A stretch of 64,000 bases of DNA from Balanoglossus misakiensis (lineage: Eukaryota > Animalia > Hemichordata). Shown in pieces: positions 1-15,749 of the stretch. A program made the translations under genes and the position numbers. Numbering within the stretch: the first letter of the stretch is position 1; each line of letters begins with the position of its first letter. The stretch is taken from NCBI GenBank assembly GCA_040954595.2, contig CM082594.2, positions 9,862,296 through 9,926,295 of the forward strand, in the 5' to 3' direction. Below the pieces are notes generated by a model that saw only the letters and a list, made by a program, of their open reading frames with translations, was not told the origin of the DNA and did no database searches.

Positions 1-836
1 GGAACTGACAACACACTGGAAATCAGGAATGAAAATGTAGAACAGATTATTGCTGAAAGTGGCCATTTTGTGAACTCGTTCTAAAATTGATGGTAAACTT
101 TGGTCACTATAATTTCAAGTATGCGACAGCTATGTCAATATTATGTACGTGTGTGTATTACTTGTTGAAGCTCTGAAGGAAAGGAAAAACGTCATTTATT
201 GAGATTGTGAAAATAGCCTTGGGGGTTACAAATATACTGAAGTACCCTTGTGTTAATGACATACATGTACCTTGGTTAGTGTAAAGTTACACTACATAAT
301 ATAATCAATACACTTCATAACAGACATAAGGAGTTTTCTAATATTCGCCGAGTCCCATGGGATTTTAGTTCACCAGCCTAGGACTAAGGTAGTATTGTCA
401 GATTTGAATTCTGTTGCAGTGTTACAATGTTGGAATGTTAGAATCATAAAAATTTGTTTGGTTTGGTTTGGTTTACAAAATGATCTGTTTCTGTAGATAT
501 GGACCACTTCTTGCTGGCAAAAACTGCTTTAAAAATGAATCTTTAACGTCAACCATTACAAAATGTGACAAGTGTGAATAATTGATCAATGTTAAATCTT
601 AGCAGACACCGTAAGCAATATGAGCTGGACCGGGATTCAGAATCTGGCATTGACCAACAGTGTAATAGATGTGCCCATTCATTATTGATGACAAGGGACA
701 GATTGAATCCCTCTCATCACAATTAAGCCGTGGAATACAAAATGAACAGGTCAAGAAGACTGACCTTTTGTAAAGATGGGTTGGGGCATTTTGTAATGGA
801 TTGGAACAGGAAAGCCAATGCAAGCTATAAATGCTA

Positions 837-860
837 TTTTTTTTTGGGGGGGGGGGGGGG
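837..860. repeat. T9-G15 homopolymer tract
   Basis: Directly visible; a C14 tract also occurs at 14791-14804. Confidence 0.9.
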
Positions 861-3280
861 CGATTGTACTTTCTGAAGTAATCAGACTGCGTTGGCGGTA
901 AGCAGTACTCGGTAGATAGCCAGCACGGTCAGTGATTGACAGCGTCAGGAGCATGAGGAGTAACTACGGTAACTTGACAAATGTGGGCCACGCTAAGAGT
1001 GGATTGTAACAGTCAACAAGCCATAAGGATGTTCATAGTAGCAATGTCAACACATTCTGTATAGAAATCATGACATGTCATCTATTCAGGCAGGGCGTCA
1101 GATTACGCTAACGTTTTCAAACACATCTGCTGAATTGTATTGACACACTGTCAAGAGGTGAATGGATGACAAAGATTACTTGTGTGGCTGTTAAAATCTA
1201 GGTGAATACCAAAATCAACAGAACATCTTCAAGGAGTTAGCAAAGCAAATATCCAATCTGACGTAGGACTTGGCTTATTCTGTGACAAGTTTGGAAAGTA
1301 CGCCCTGAATCAATGCAATCAAATCTTGTGTGTTGAAAGATGTTAACAAAATCAAATTGTATGAATGATAGCTGCCAATGGACTGTTTGTTTTGCAAGAC
1401 AACTGAAAGGAATTCATCTCAAAATGAGCACAATCTCTCTGATTAAAGGAAATAATACACAAAGTGACATAATTGCGTCTGTGCAGAAAAGCCAACACTC
1501 AGGCAGTTTTATAACAATTAAATTCATTAGGCATAGGGATAGCCTATCATCTAAATTGAAGAGGAACCTCTAGAATAGTCTTGTATTCTGTAGAATTGAA
1601 CTTGAAGCCTACCCTTCCAATTCATGTTCAATGCATAGATGTCATTTGACAAATGAATGAACAAAACCATTTGGCCACATCTCCACATCAAAATAAACAT
1701 GGTTGAATACCCAAGCAAGGATTTCAGTCTAAATTGAAAAAAGTCAGATTGAACAGAATATAGAAACCCAACCTCAAAATAAACACATCCAAGCTATGAT
1801 TTTCTGACAATTCAGACAATTTGACAAAAAGGGGAACTCAGAAACTATCACAATCATATAAGGCGTTGTGTTCATTCAATTGTTGATGGTGAGTAGGGAT
1901 CACATATAAATATTCTGCCGTCACTTAGACTAATATCATCACTACTCTTGCAGGAAAAGGTTTTCTGCTGCAATGGCATCTGTCACCTGGCAACACACTT
2001 GTGAGCATTATTTCATTAAACTAATGGAAGAGGGCTAAAGCTTATCAGGATAGCAATTTATTCTGAGTAGGTCGGTCAGAGTGAACTCGTGTTTGAGAAG
2101 TGTTTTGATTGTGCAAAATCAGAGTGGCAGTGTTTGTAAAAACCACTTGTTGTGTGTGTCCATCATGCATCACTGTGCTTCTAATCTAAGGTCTTGTCTT
2201 TATGGTAGATACTACATTGGAATTTGAGTGATGAGGGAGCTTGTAAAGTTGTTTTGGAGAACGTTTGACCTGTAAGTCTCTCAGAAAACACATTATCCCA
2301 AGAGCATCTATTTACCTGTTTTATACATCCAACTTGTATTGATTGATGCAGAACACAGGAAGTAATCTTAATTAGCAGGGATGGAAAATTTAGTAGACAT
2401 CAGTCTGATTTTTGGGGGTGCTTATTCACATTGGCGTGTCCATTCATAAAAATAGCCCTTAGTGATTACAGCCATGCACACAGGTGAATGTGGCAGAAAA
2501 TTTGATCAGGAAAAGAGAGAGACTCACAAAACGAAGAAGTTGCAGTATTTTAACATGTACATGGTGTTGCTCTTTAGGGAGTTATGGCCCAATCATTGTG
2601 ACTTCAGTAAAGGACATGGTGGAGCCAGTCTGTCCAGCTCATGCTTGCCTCGGGGGATCAGCAAGTGCTTGAAATGCTGCGCTCAAGTTTTGTATCGTCA
2701 TATTCTCTTTCAGAGGTAATCATTAAACGATGGTTGAATGATCCCAGGTCAGTCGTTGATTTAACCAAAAGGCAGACAGTGGAAAGTGATCTGTCTCTGG
2801 AAGTTGATTCATGGCATCCTGGGAAAATGCCGGTCAGTTAATATCATTATCACATGGACACTAAGAGCTGATTAAGAATTAAATAGATCAGACCACCTGA
2901 ATACTTAGATGGACACAGGAAAAAATCTTAAGCCAGGTGTCTGAAACTCACTTGGAATATAAATATGAGGTGAAGCACAGCTTTTAGTATCAAAGCCCAT
3001 AGGATCATGATAATTTGTCATAAAAACCTAGCTTTACCTCATGGGTAATGTGGGAAACAATGTAGAAATGTTTTCCTAAAATTCACTCATTTTGTATTAT
3101 TTACATCTTATCCATATTCAGATGTTGTATCAGATTTCTGTTAAAATGGCTGAATGTCAGGAGAAATTTGCACATTTATACCCTAACCATTCAAAGATTT
3201 CCAGCCTGTTTTCAGTTCTTGATATTTCTTATTCATAACCATACACAGAGATTTATATGCTGTCTCTCATCTTGTTAAAC

Positions 3281-3460
3281 AGCAAAAATCCCCATGAAGT
3301 AAAAATAGCTCTGAGAAAATCTCCTTTTGCCTTGAAGAAATGGGAAACGTAGCCAGACAATCAAAAGAAAATCTCCCTTTTGCCTCAGAGAAGTAAAATC
3401 TATAGTCATTTCCGTCGTCGTAAATCCCTTCCTTGCCACAAAACAAATAAAAATGACTTT
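3281..3460. repeat. Degenerate ~52-bp tandem repeat
   Basis: agaaaatctcc(c)ttttgcct at 3314 and 3366, weaker copy at about 3421; gaagtaaaa at 3296 and 3390. Confidence 0.55.
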
Positions 3461-6400
3461 AGTGTTGTTGCAATGTAGTGATAACTGTGAGTCTTATTCT
3501 CCACCACATAAATGCTGACATCCTGTCCAGACTGTTGATGTGTTAACGCTGACACCTCCAAGCAATTCATTACTTCATTAGTTTTTCTTATTAGTCCAAA
3601 ACAAACACTGTTGTCCTAAATATTGACCTCCCGAGATAATAGTGAAATAGATTTTTCTGAAAGAGTCATCTGTCATTCTGTACATTCCCCCCAGACGACC
3701 AGGAATATGCCCCCAGGTGAAGAAATAGAAATTGTCAGCCATTACATCAACTACCCCATTATTCTCAGACAAACATAGAGTTACCTTCACTTCCTACTCT
3801 GTAGTGTAGAACACCTTGTTATGTTTGAGACACATATATCAGAACAGAAATCCTTGTTATGCAAGGAAATGAAAACTTCTTGAGCATGTCATTATCAATT
3901 TATTCTTTCATAATGTGTACATCTCATTAGAGTATAAAACAAATATTTCCACCCTAATACTCACAACTAATCATGAAATATGAGATCCATAAAACATTTT
4001 CATTATAATTCCATCAAAATGTACATCATACTTTTCTTTTCTGCTATGCACTGTCATCAAAGACTTAATTGGTACATAGATGAAATGCCATCTGAAATTC
4101 AGTGCCTCAAAGGTTGTTACTTCACTAGTTGGGGAGTTCAAATGATGGATTTGGAATGGCTGCACTATGTAACCAGTGGAATGATGCTTGGGGCACCATC
4201 TCTTCCTCTGTGATTGGACAGATTTATCAGTCATGCAATTTCATAGTCACAGAATTGTATCAATGGTTGTCTGTCCTAAATAACTATCATGATTATAGAA
4301 TTTCAACAAATGTGAAAAATTTTCAAACATGATTTAGCGCCCTCATATGACAGCTATTTTTAACATATAACAAAAAACAACCAAACAACTGTCACATAAA
4401 TCAGTAGATGATTGCATTTTGTACGTAAAAATTGCACCATCTTAACTATCTTGGCATGACAGATTATGCTGTGATGTGATTGATCTGGGTGTTGCCATGA
4501 CAGTGATAATCCTTGCATGACAAGATAAGTGTTATGACCTCACCCAGGTCATAAATATAGTTATTAAGCACAGGTGTGTCACAGAGAGCAAACTTTGCAG
4601 ATTATATTCACAGCTTTGCTGAGAACTTATCCGAGCCATCGGTTGTAAGAATTAATCTCTGGAGGAGTCATTATTCGCTAGCTTACAATGTGAATTGCGA
4701 GGTCCACAGCTGACCGTATACTTCTTGGAATCCCATATGAATTTTGCTGAAAGGTTTCCAATTTTTAGTCTTGGAGTGTCTTTTACACTTCAGAAGGAAT
4801 TTTGATAGTGATAGGTGCATTTTGTTCCAAATAGAATTTGGTTACCGAGGCCATTAATTGAGTCAGCACTTTTCTTGTACTGTTGCTGTAGTTGAGACAG
4901 CAAGAGAAAGTTTTAAGTTCTGTCCACTTGATGTGTAATAGATTGAATGTAAGACCTGTGTGACTAGTTTCATGTTAACTGAACGAGCTACTTTTGTTAG
5001 ATCTGATAACAAAAGCTATAGGTGTCGGATTACAGGCTATTTGAAGTGTAGAGTATAAGAAATGTTGCCATTGTGTCTGAGTGCACAAGTGAAGAAAGGA
5101 CTTTTGGTTCCTGCCCATTGTTCTGTTTGTTTGATCAGATGGTGGTACGTTTTGCCGTTTTGCCGTGCGATGTGTTATGAAGTATTTGATAACGCAGGCA
5201 CACTGGCTTTGATCGACTGTACGGTTATTGTATGTCTTCCGGGTATTTGTGTGCATCTGTTAAGAGAGCAGACACCGTGTCTTGGCCTGTGTTTGTGTTT
5301 GACCAGATGTCAGTGCTGATACATCAGGCACATATCCGCAGTTACCTGAACTCTACCACTCCAGGTACTGCACGCCAGGTTCGTAGGAAACAGTTACCCC
5401 GGCGGTGTGTTAACTGAAATGAAAGCCATTAGCAAATTACCTTGCATCTAGATACCTACATGTTATGTACACAGATTATGATTCAACAGGTAGATCAATG
5501 AAAATACCCTCAAAATACCCAATCTTATGTTTTTTAATAAGACAAAATGATCAGAATTTGTTGCTTTTTTCATAATGTGTAATATGACCTGTTGTTTACC
5601 AAAATGTGGGTTGCCTCAACAGAGAGGAAATTTCCATCAGTGAAAAATCTAGATTTTCTTTTAGGAAACACAGTGAAGTATAAGCAAACACTGCAGGTGA
5701 TTTATGTGTTCCAGATTTCCATTAGTCTCACTTTCACTTTGATACTAATGTTACACTCTTGCACGGCATACATTTTCATTTGTAATGGTACAATCGTTGA
5801 GTATTTATTCAGGATTTTCTTTTTTAGATGGTGTTATTTTGATGAAACGCACCAGATGTCATATTGAAGTAATTTCATTAGTTTATTGAAAATTCAGTCA
5901 TCTTAGATCTTTTAATACGTCATGCACATTCCTATAAAAATGACTTTGCAGGAATTTATTTTTTGTATATCACAGATTATAGTACAACTTATTCTTAAAG
6001 CACCATAGTATGTTTTGTTTTCTATTAAAAGACCGCTGGTGGATATAATCAGACTGTGGGAATCTATGTACAAAGGATGATCACATGACCTTTGATGTAC
6101 AGACACGCAGTGATGTGCCATTGATGAGTGTAGTCTACATGTAACAGTATCCAGCTAGAGAAAGGCCACCTCTAATGGATCCATCTGCCAGTAGCTGCGG
6201 GCTACATCGCTGTTAATACCAGTCATTATGTACACAGAATGAAAAATTAATAAAACAAAGATCAGATTAAGGAATCAGAGATGTATAAAGTAAAGGATTG
6301 CCAAATGTACAATGCAGAATCTGTGATTGAATTTGCGGTGCAGCAAACTTTCCATTTTCCCCTGGAGCTGTGACTGTTTTTCCTGTGCTTATCTGCGCTA

Positions 6401-9400
6401 ATACCAAAACCAAACCTAGAGAAACACAGGAAACATTTTTGAAATGAGACAATTTCCTGGTCAAAAATCGCTGGAGATTCATTTCATATACTGGTAGATC
6501 AGGTTAGCTCAAATGTGATGTTAACAGTTGGTACAGATGTTGCAAAGCAGTACAAATCACAGACAGATTTAACATTCAGACAATGATTTACACATATTCC
6601 GTAAAAGTGTTTGCCACTTTACCATGGAAACGCAGGTGTTCCATCTGGAAGGCTTATTCTCCATTTATACGTTGTTGGACTGCTGTGTCGTATTTTGCAG
6701 ATTTTTTTTTACAAATCGCCATCATTTGGCGGACATTTTATCCACCTTAGGCAATCTCTTGTTCCTGTTTCATTACATGTTTTTCACATGAAATGAAATG
6801 AACTCGTAAATCACTCGTAATACAGTCCATTTGAGATGTCTTTACGGACATCTTGCCATACTAAAGTATACTCTACCGTGAATTCTTTTAGAGTATCCTT
6901 TGCTACATTTGTATTTTCAACATTAGCTGACACCGAAGAGGCAAACATCCCAATTTTCAATGTGAAATGAAGAAACTCAATAAACCCGGATTTAATCAGC
7001 AGTGAGATCCAATAAGAGAAATGTAATGCACGCTATATTTTGTTCATTTTGTGCCACCTGTCAAGTTACTCAACAATTACGGGTGTGAAAGTTGTAATTT
7101 GATTGATTTTATGCGATAATTGGATTTCTCACCTAGACCATTGATTGTGTAAACACTAATAGAGTGGTTTGGATTGTGTATACGTTACATTGATTAATTC
7201 AATATTTTGTGTTTCCAAACAAGACTGATTGATCATTTCTATAGAGGGCACTGATTGGATGTCAGTCAAAATAATGTGGGCCATTGACCTGTACAATTAA
7301 CATTGCCTGTTTTTCAATTAAATCGCATTCTTTCACATTTACATGGTCAGGTGTCTGACTAAAATTAGGTCACACAAAATCAATACACAACCAGTAATAT
7401 TAGATTTTTGCACTTCCTAGAGGTGGATGCTGGGTAGGGGGGATTTATGGGTCAGGACGATGAAAGAAAGAGAAAAATCAATAGTTATTTGCAATTTCCC
7501 TCCGAGTCCAGGGCTTTGAAAGGTACAACAGGTCAGTATTTCAGAAGAATCAATAAAATTGCAATATACATGATGACATTAGTGTCAGCTGCAAATAAAG
7601 GAATGTATTCACGGAAACTTGTGGGTTACAATACAAGCATGATATTAAATTCAGGAATGCCAATATCAATATATGCCAGTATATTTAAGTGAAAACCATT
7701 TCTATGATAGTTCTTTCCCTTCAAATACCCTCAGCCATTTATCACCTGCAAACCTGACCACCAATTGACGTTTTAAGCCTGGATTTAATTCCTGCCAAGC
7801 TGCTTGATCTCTGTTTCCAAGTTAAATGATGTACTGTGTACCTGAACTTGATTTCTTAAGCAAGCATCAAGTGAATTTTATAACAATCTATTTGAATGAG
7901 TTACAGTTATTTAGTCTCGTATTTCATCACCATTTGTGAAGACAGATTTGGCTGAACCAAAATATAGATGCGAAGGCAGTACAAAAACCGAGAAAAATTC
8001 TGTATGCTCTGTAGACTGATGTGACACACCGTATCACATATTCAAATTCTTCACTATGCATGACAATTTTTCATGTAATACGTGAAGATATACGACTGAT
8101 CCCAAATTATCTCAGTCTACAATTCCTCTGACTGACACAAAGCCTGTAAAAATCACATTTGCCGGAAACGTTGCCACTGGCGATACATCATGATGGAATT
8201 TATTTCAGAAGAGCTAGTAAGAGCTATGGCTGTATAGACGGTTGCCACAGTGAAATTCAGCAGTGGGTGATACATCAATTGTTTGATCAAACACAACAAT
8301 TTGCGGGGGAAAACAATGGCCTATCCAGTTTTGAGTCTACATTGTTTTACCGCAATGACATAATGGGGATTGAAGTAAAAACCGTTGTAGCATACAGAAA
8401 CCAGCCCCTGGTGGCATGGCTCGAAACATTGAAAGGACTCTAATTGGCTTGTTGTAAAGACTCCTCAGATTAAAACAAAGTATTATGACTCATAAAATGT
8501 CTCCCTTGGTGGAGGGCAAAACAAACAAGGATGCTTTTATTCTGCCCGGGACTATAACTTATTTAGATCTCAATTTCCCCGGGCCCTACTGACAGAAATC
8601 AGGCTTGGCAATGAGTCAGTAAATGGCATTCTACAGAAAGTGCCGATGGATTTTCGTCTGTAGACTTCGGTAAGATTTATTATCAAAACCCACAATAAAC
8701 TTCAGAGGAAATTGATGAAGGGTGGTTTTCTTCTACTGATATGAAAATGCCAAGCTTAAAATGTTGTGAAGTGGGTGCAATCAGGCCCCAATAAATCTGA
8801 AGAAAGTGGTTTGCAATGTAAAACTAGTGGATGTACCTCAAAGGGATAACCAGAGTGCCTTTGATATATTTAGTTGAGATGATAAAATGTGTTTAGCAAA
8901 TTTGTGATCTAGTTTACCATTGTCCACATAAAGTATTAAATCGTTGTCCCCAGTATTTCAATTTTTTATTAATTTCTAGGTTGTGATATGTTAAATCCAT
9001 AACAATGATGACTTTGAAACCATTATTTGATGGATACATTTGAAATACTTCAGAGTGACACAGTGTATGTTGAAATATTGACGAATTAAAGTGAAAGAGG
9101 TAGCTCAAATTTTTTGAGTGGGAAATTGGAATTGCCTTTGGGTATGACCCCATGAAAGAATATACCAGGAAGTGAACATGAGCAAATGCTATTAACAAGT
9201 GAAGGAACTGAGGAAATGAAAGAGGATCATTGGAATGCTTAAAAAGACAGGAAATCTATCCTGATCAGGTGCAACAGTGTCAGATTAACAATTGCACCTA
9301 GAAAATATCATCATGCAAAGGGTTTAATTCAACATGTCTGATGCTTTTTGGAAATTAACAAAGGGATTTCAAAAGTATAACTAATTATTGATAATGATAT

Positions 9401-12400
9401 ATCTTATCCATAAAGAATTATCAAACAGCGCCATCACTCAGTAGAAGTGAGCTAGCTGGCCCCTTAAAAATATGCATACAACTGAAACGGAATGTGTTGA
9501 GATTGGGCAATGATTGCAACATCAGTTAGAGTATTAAAAGCAATGAAGGGTATTGCAAATTTAGTCTTGATGACTTGATAAGGACGCAACCAGTAAATTC
9601 AGGTGTGTCATCAAGGAAAAGATATTGCGATTATTATCCATCTCTCGGCTGCCACTCGCACACCGACAAACATTTACAAAGCACTCCTGACCAGACTGGG
9701 TGTCTCGGTTTTGCACTCCATTTCCTCCAAATGAATTTTTGACTTGTCTTTGCTAACCGCTTTTCAGCTTGCTTCATTTACTTCTGATGGAAACTGGCAC
9801 CAGTAGCCAGCCGAGCCTGTGTGGCCTGTGATTGTGCGAACAAAGGCTGAACACGTTGCAGAGAGGGTCATGTCAGAAATACAACTAAATTTGCGCAACA
9901 TATACCACCAAGAGCTGAGAAGCTCCAACAGCATGTGTGTTCATATATCCATTAAATTAATCTTGTGTGACAAATATGGTCATAAAATTTCCCTTTGGAA
10001 AGTCATTAGGTGTTATGATCACAGTCACAGCTCCAGGTGTCTCAGCATTATTGCAGCTTTGGTGTGTTAGGCTGTGTAATACATCAAATCTCACATTTTC
10101 CCATCATTTATAGATGACTTGCACACCATACTAATTAACTGCATGTTTAGAGCTCAGAAAACTGCAGGCAGTACAAAATGTTAAAATGTCTTTAAAAATC
10201 ACACTGAATTTAATCTTCCTTGCCGATAGACACAAAGCAATAATCAGTGAACTAATTTAACAAGTCAGGATGTGTTAGAGTATTATCATGGATGTACTGG
10301 GTAGCCTTGATGTTCTATTTTTGATGTTGTATCTCTGTTGCAGTGCTTTTAACTAGTTTACTCAGTACCATGCTTTCCAGTTTCTGTTCAGTAAATGATG
10401 TGTACATTGCCTGCAGACATCCTGTTTGAAGAGTTTCTACTGCTTACTCTTTAGTCGGGTGACATTTTGATATTTACAAATTTGGAAACATTTACCTATT
10501 TGGATCATTTTGCTTGCAGATCTTTACGTTCTCCAATTTAGCATTTGGTTGTTCAACACTGTTGGTACATTTTAGGTCTTAAGAATGTTGACTGCAGGCT
10601 TAATGATTTTCAACACAACCCTAAGTGTTTCATCAGAGTAACTTCACCTGAAAGCGCTATATCTCAGCAAATGTAAATTTCAGGTAATACTTCCTACGGC
10701 ACAATTATACATTACTAATATAAAGTACATACAACAACAGTAAAAGATTCTAATGGATCATACTTAAATGCTCGTGCCTACGAGTATAATCTTATATTAA
10801 TGGCTGCAAAGGTGACCCAGTGATTTGCACACAAGTCCAACCATGATTACATAATTGTTGAATAAAGTTAGAATTACCACCCTACAAATTACAGTTAATG
10901 ATTACCGTACATGCATTCCCAAGGTGTGTAATATGCAGGCGCCTGTTAACAAGTTAATGTGGCGGTGTTAACGTTAACTCGCAGTAAGAAAGCGAGGTCA
11001 GTCAGTCCACCCTCGAATTAATATGAAAGACACACTGCCCAGAACCGTGCTGGCCTTGAAAGTACTGATCCTGAACAAGCCTGAAATTGATTGTTACTGT
11101 TTGAAATTCTTGGTTGATTTCTGACACAGCCAGTGAAGATGGACTCCTTGAATACAGATGGGCTTTTGGCGTCAGGAGTCGGGGAGTGTAATTTAGCGGT
11201 GTGTTTAATCCAGGTGCCAACTGACAGGCACACCTGTGGTCATTTTCCGGATTGGGAAGCAGGCTGTAATTACAAGCAGTCAGCTCAAATACTCTGAAGC
11301 ATGACATTATTTACAGGTTGTGGTTCACTTGGTTTTATTCCAGTGGGTCTCAGTACTGCAAGGTAGTATATGTAAGGGTGTGTCAGATGGTACATATGTG
11401 ATGGACAGGATGCCACAGCAGTTTAAGTACATGCACTGGTCACTCTAAAATTTCTTGATTGAAGTTATTTTCTTCACTCGTTTTTCATTGGATATATAGA
11501 AGTCAAGCTAAGACTGGTTGAATTGACTCTAACCCAACAGCAAAATGGAAAAGTTTTGCCATCACTGATGTGGACATCACTATTCTCTGAAGAAAAAAGT
11601 CATCACCATCACAGACACATAGCCGTAATCCTTTACTGCCATCGCATGTTTAATGATGCCATTCAGATCAGGCAGAATTACAGCCAGCATTAGCAGTAAT
11701 CCATGTCTGAAAATCTCTTTCCTAACTATCTGCTGACCATTGCAGCAAGTGTGTCTGCATTGCATTTTATAGATGGACTGGATGAGACTCATGTATCTGC
11801 TGATATACAAGGGGTCAACAGACTTGCAGTGGTTTCAATTTCAAAACGTTCAAATTGGTCAAATACAGAAAGTTCAACACTTGAGATGTACTTGAAGATC
11901 ATTACTAATATTAGTTTTTTTATCACATTTCAGCTAAATTTACCAGGTCATGGTACAGTCGGAAAAGGTCATCATGAATTTAATTTTGAATGCAAAAAAA
12001 ATCTTGACCTTTTGGATTGCCCCATTCCTGGTCCTAATCACTGTAATTTTGTATCAAAGAGAGGTGCTTTGCGTCAGTGCCAGGCTGACAAATAACAAAC
12101 AAACGAAAAAATGATGGAATTTTAATGAAAAGTATGGCGACAGAGGCAATCTCGAATTCACCTGTATGGTCGTCAAGTAACAATGTGTCTGATAAACGTT
12201 GCTCGCCAAGCCTCATCCTGTGAAAGAATTGCTCCTTTAATTTTCCCCGGCAAACAGTTTTTTCAATGGAGGATTGGACCTGCATGACATATTCATCCGA
12301 GAGTTCAGATAGATAGGAGTGTACAAACAACTGGTGCCAGGTTGGCGGCGACATGCCCATGTCTTGTGCAGATGGAATTTCTAAAACTGTATTAGCCTGA

Positions 12401-15400
12401 ATCAGCCTTAGTAATCATTCAAACATGTGTGATTAATTCTCCAAAATGCATTGTAAGTCAGGACACATTTTGCACATCATACTTCACATGGCTTGAACCG
12501 TTCCAGTATTGATTGGCACCAGAGCTGGATAGATGCTGTAAAATTGATATGAAATCTGATTAGAAATCTGGTAATATGAGCCAAGACTTGGATCGTATTC
12601 GCATCAATAAAAGTGTCATTTATGTCGAGCTGATGGAGACTGTGAAACCTTTTCCAAAAAATGACAATTTTATCACAGAAATCAAAAACACACGAGAAAA
12701 AAATAAGGTTATAGCTTTGACCTAACATAGTCATTAATTAATCATTGAAATAATTTCTGTAAAATGGAATTGATAGGTTTGGATATTTGGACTACAGTTT
12801 CATAGACAAATGTACACCGCTGAAATGCAAAGAATATGCAACGACGCATGCCCCATTAGTTTGAATTCTGCATCTGTGGTTTTGAAGTGAGCGATAGGAA
12901 ATCTACCTCACCACTGAAGTCTGTGTGGCAAATGCCCTATTGTGTTGTCTGACACAATAACAATGGAATTAGCCCCAGCCAGTTAACAGGAGAGAGCGGA
13001 AACTCCGTCATATTGCAGACAAAGTCAGCGGAACAGCAGTGGAACCCCCATGGTGCTTTTGGACAAAGTCTTTGTACAGTGTAAATTAAGATGGATGAAA
13101 TGTAACAATATGCTTGTAACAATGTTGGCAAGGGCAATGTCTGTTTTATATGGTGGGGGGATATTAATGTGTGTTTTCATATCATCTTTCATCCCCCTCC
13201 TGTGAAAGATAACGGTTTGTTCCTTAGATGACAGGGTTAATGAAAAACCTGCGAGGGATTTCCATAACTTTATTGTGCAATTGAAGTTTAACAGTTTTGT
13301 AAACTTCACTGTCACATGAGTCACGCGGCTGCGTTTTATGACAAAGTAGTTAAATGTGCACAGCTTTTGTGATAGAAATACCATTATTCCCGTCTGCAGT
13401 CGTTCATGTCCCGTTGAATTAGTTCCAGTTTCCAGTTTAACACCTCCAGCTCGAGGCTTATACTCGTATTTGCATTCTGTTCTGCTTCAATTGGCAGAAA
13501 GTAACAACTATTAAACAGAAAAAAAAATCTAAATGTTTATCGTTGATTAATTTTGCAGCTGTAGATGAGCTTTGATTTTCGTATACAACTAAAAGGTAGA
13601 AATGCTAGTGTAGAAATTAAGGTATTCTTATGAAGTTAAAATGGAAAATGGAAGAAAAGGGTTACCCGGTTCTAGATTTGCATTTTTTCCCAGTCGTGAT
13701 TGACATTAATGTGTCGTTCTGAAAGTGTAGAAGCGTGCGTCTTTGACGTCACAAGCGCACGTCAGGAAGGCCATGAAACTGCATGCAAGTAGATTTGTTA
13801 GCCCGATCTGACTTTTATTGATGATTATGAATTTAAGGCTGGCTTGGATATTGACTTGATTGTGGTTTATTACCAGGTAGGCTGAGTACGTGATTTCATG
13901 GTAAATGACACAACACATCAGTGTCCTTGTCAGCCCTATCAAAATAAAACACTATATCAAATAGCACTCATTCTGTACACCGCCCCTTACTGTCAGACAT
14001 CTTGGCGCCACCGAATCATCTCCATAAATTGTCATTTGCTGCTTTTTCGTGACTAAAAATTATTTCTGTATTAATTCTTCCGCAGGTTTACTTCAGTTTT
14101 ATTCTACAGTGATCATTTCTGCATGTTTGTTGAACTCCAGAAAAAAAAGCTCACCATTAGACCAAAAACACCCCCAAGTCCTAAAATGCCCTTCCCTGTG
14201 GTAACAATAGAACTTCATTGCCAAGATGGCAATTAACACAAATTACAGTGCACAAAATAATGCCAGAAAAACAGGAAAATGTAGAGCCTAATGCAACAGA
14301 TACACCACATGGGGAGATGTCACTAGAGGTAATCATTCAGCAATACAATCCTAAAAAGGCAAAGGGGGGAAGCTGTCCCATCATAAGAGCAATCAGTGAA
14401 AAATGATATCGTTCAAAACAACTGACACGCTGTTTAGTCGGTGGTATTAAAAATGACACATCACTCATACATCATATCAGACTTAAAGCTAAAAAGTTTT
14501 TGTTTGATTTTGAGAATTTGTAATATCTAGGTGACTTTCTGACACCATCTATCACAAGTGTGGTGACATATTCATGGAGATTAGTCAGCCTTGGGTAGAA
14601 TAGATGGGTGTCTTTATACACGATCCTCCGGCCTGGATGATAGAAGATGATGCATGAAAAAAAAAATCAAATGATTGAATTCATCCCTCACATCAATCAT
14701 ATGAAGGGACACAGTACATTCTGATTGGCATGCATCACATTTTTACAGATTCTGTAAAGTTTGAAAGGCAAAGTAATGGTAAAAATAAAGCCCCCCCCCC
14801 CCCCAGAAAAAATGGAAATTTATTGATATGTAAATGTGATAGTAATTATACTCCTGACATTTCCACTTTGTTTCTGTTCGTATGTATTCTACTTTGGTGT
14901 TGCATGAACAGCACTTCTGATTGGTGAATATTATGCCACGCTACAGCTTTAAACCAATCAGAAAACTTCTTACATGTCAGTGTAATATTAGCTAAGTATA
15001 ACTACATCTTCTGATAGTGGCTGGGGTCTGATGGAGTTTGTATGCATACAGCACTGGGCAGGATTCCACACTCAAGCATCATGAATGTCTTTCCGCTGGT
15101 TTTATTGCTTCATACAATATCAAATAGAAGAATGCTTACTTTTTGAAAAGATCTCTTTTAAAGATAACATATTGATGGGCCATGGCGCCATCTTGACACC
15201 GTCAAAGTGTTGCGCGCGATCATTACAACACCATTCAGCCCCCATCCATCATGTTACATATTGAATGCCGTTCTGTGGGATGGCAGGTCTACAATAATGC
15301 AGGTGGTCAATGACTTTTGTATTAGATCTTACAATGAGCGCACAGTAAGAACGTGCGGCTGATCGGATAATGAGAATTGCTTCCATGGAGAAATCCTTTC

Positions 15401-15749
15401 TTGTAGGAAGATGATTAGAGCAAGATGGCCGGATAAACATTAAAGGAAGGAAGACAATTCTGAAATGAGTCTTTGCAGGATGTTACATTTAGATGTCGCC
15501 ATCGGACTAATCCGTACAGGACGTTATTGTCATCATGACGAGAGACAAAAATCCAGGGAAGGTCAATTTAGTTGGATAAAATATTGACAGGGTTAATGAA
15601 ATCAGCAGGGGGGAAGTTTTAAATCATGATTTCTGTGCTGTGATCACAAATTGTTGGAAGTTAATAGAGCTAGGCAAGTTTTCTGGCTTCTTGATTGGAT
15701 TGTTAGGTTATCTGTTCAAATTGTGATGAATGGGTAATTTAGCAGCTGA

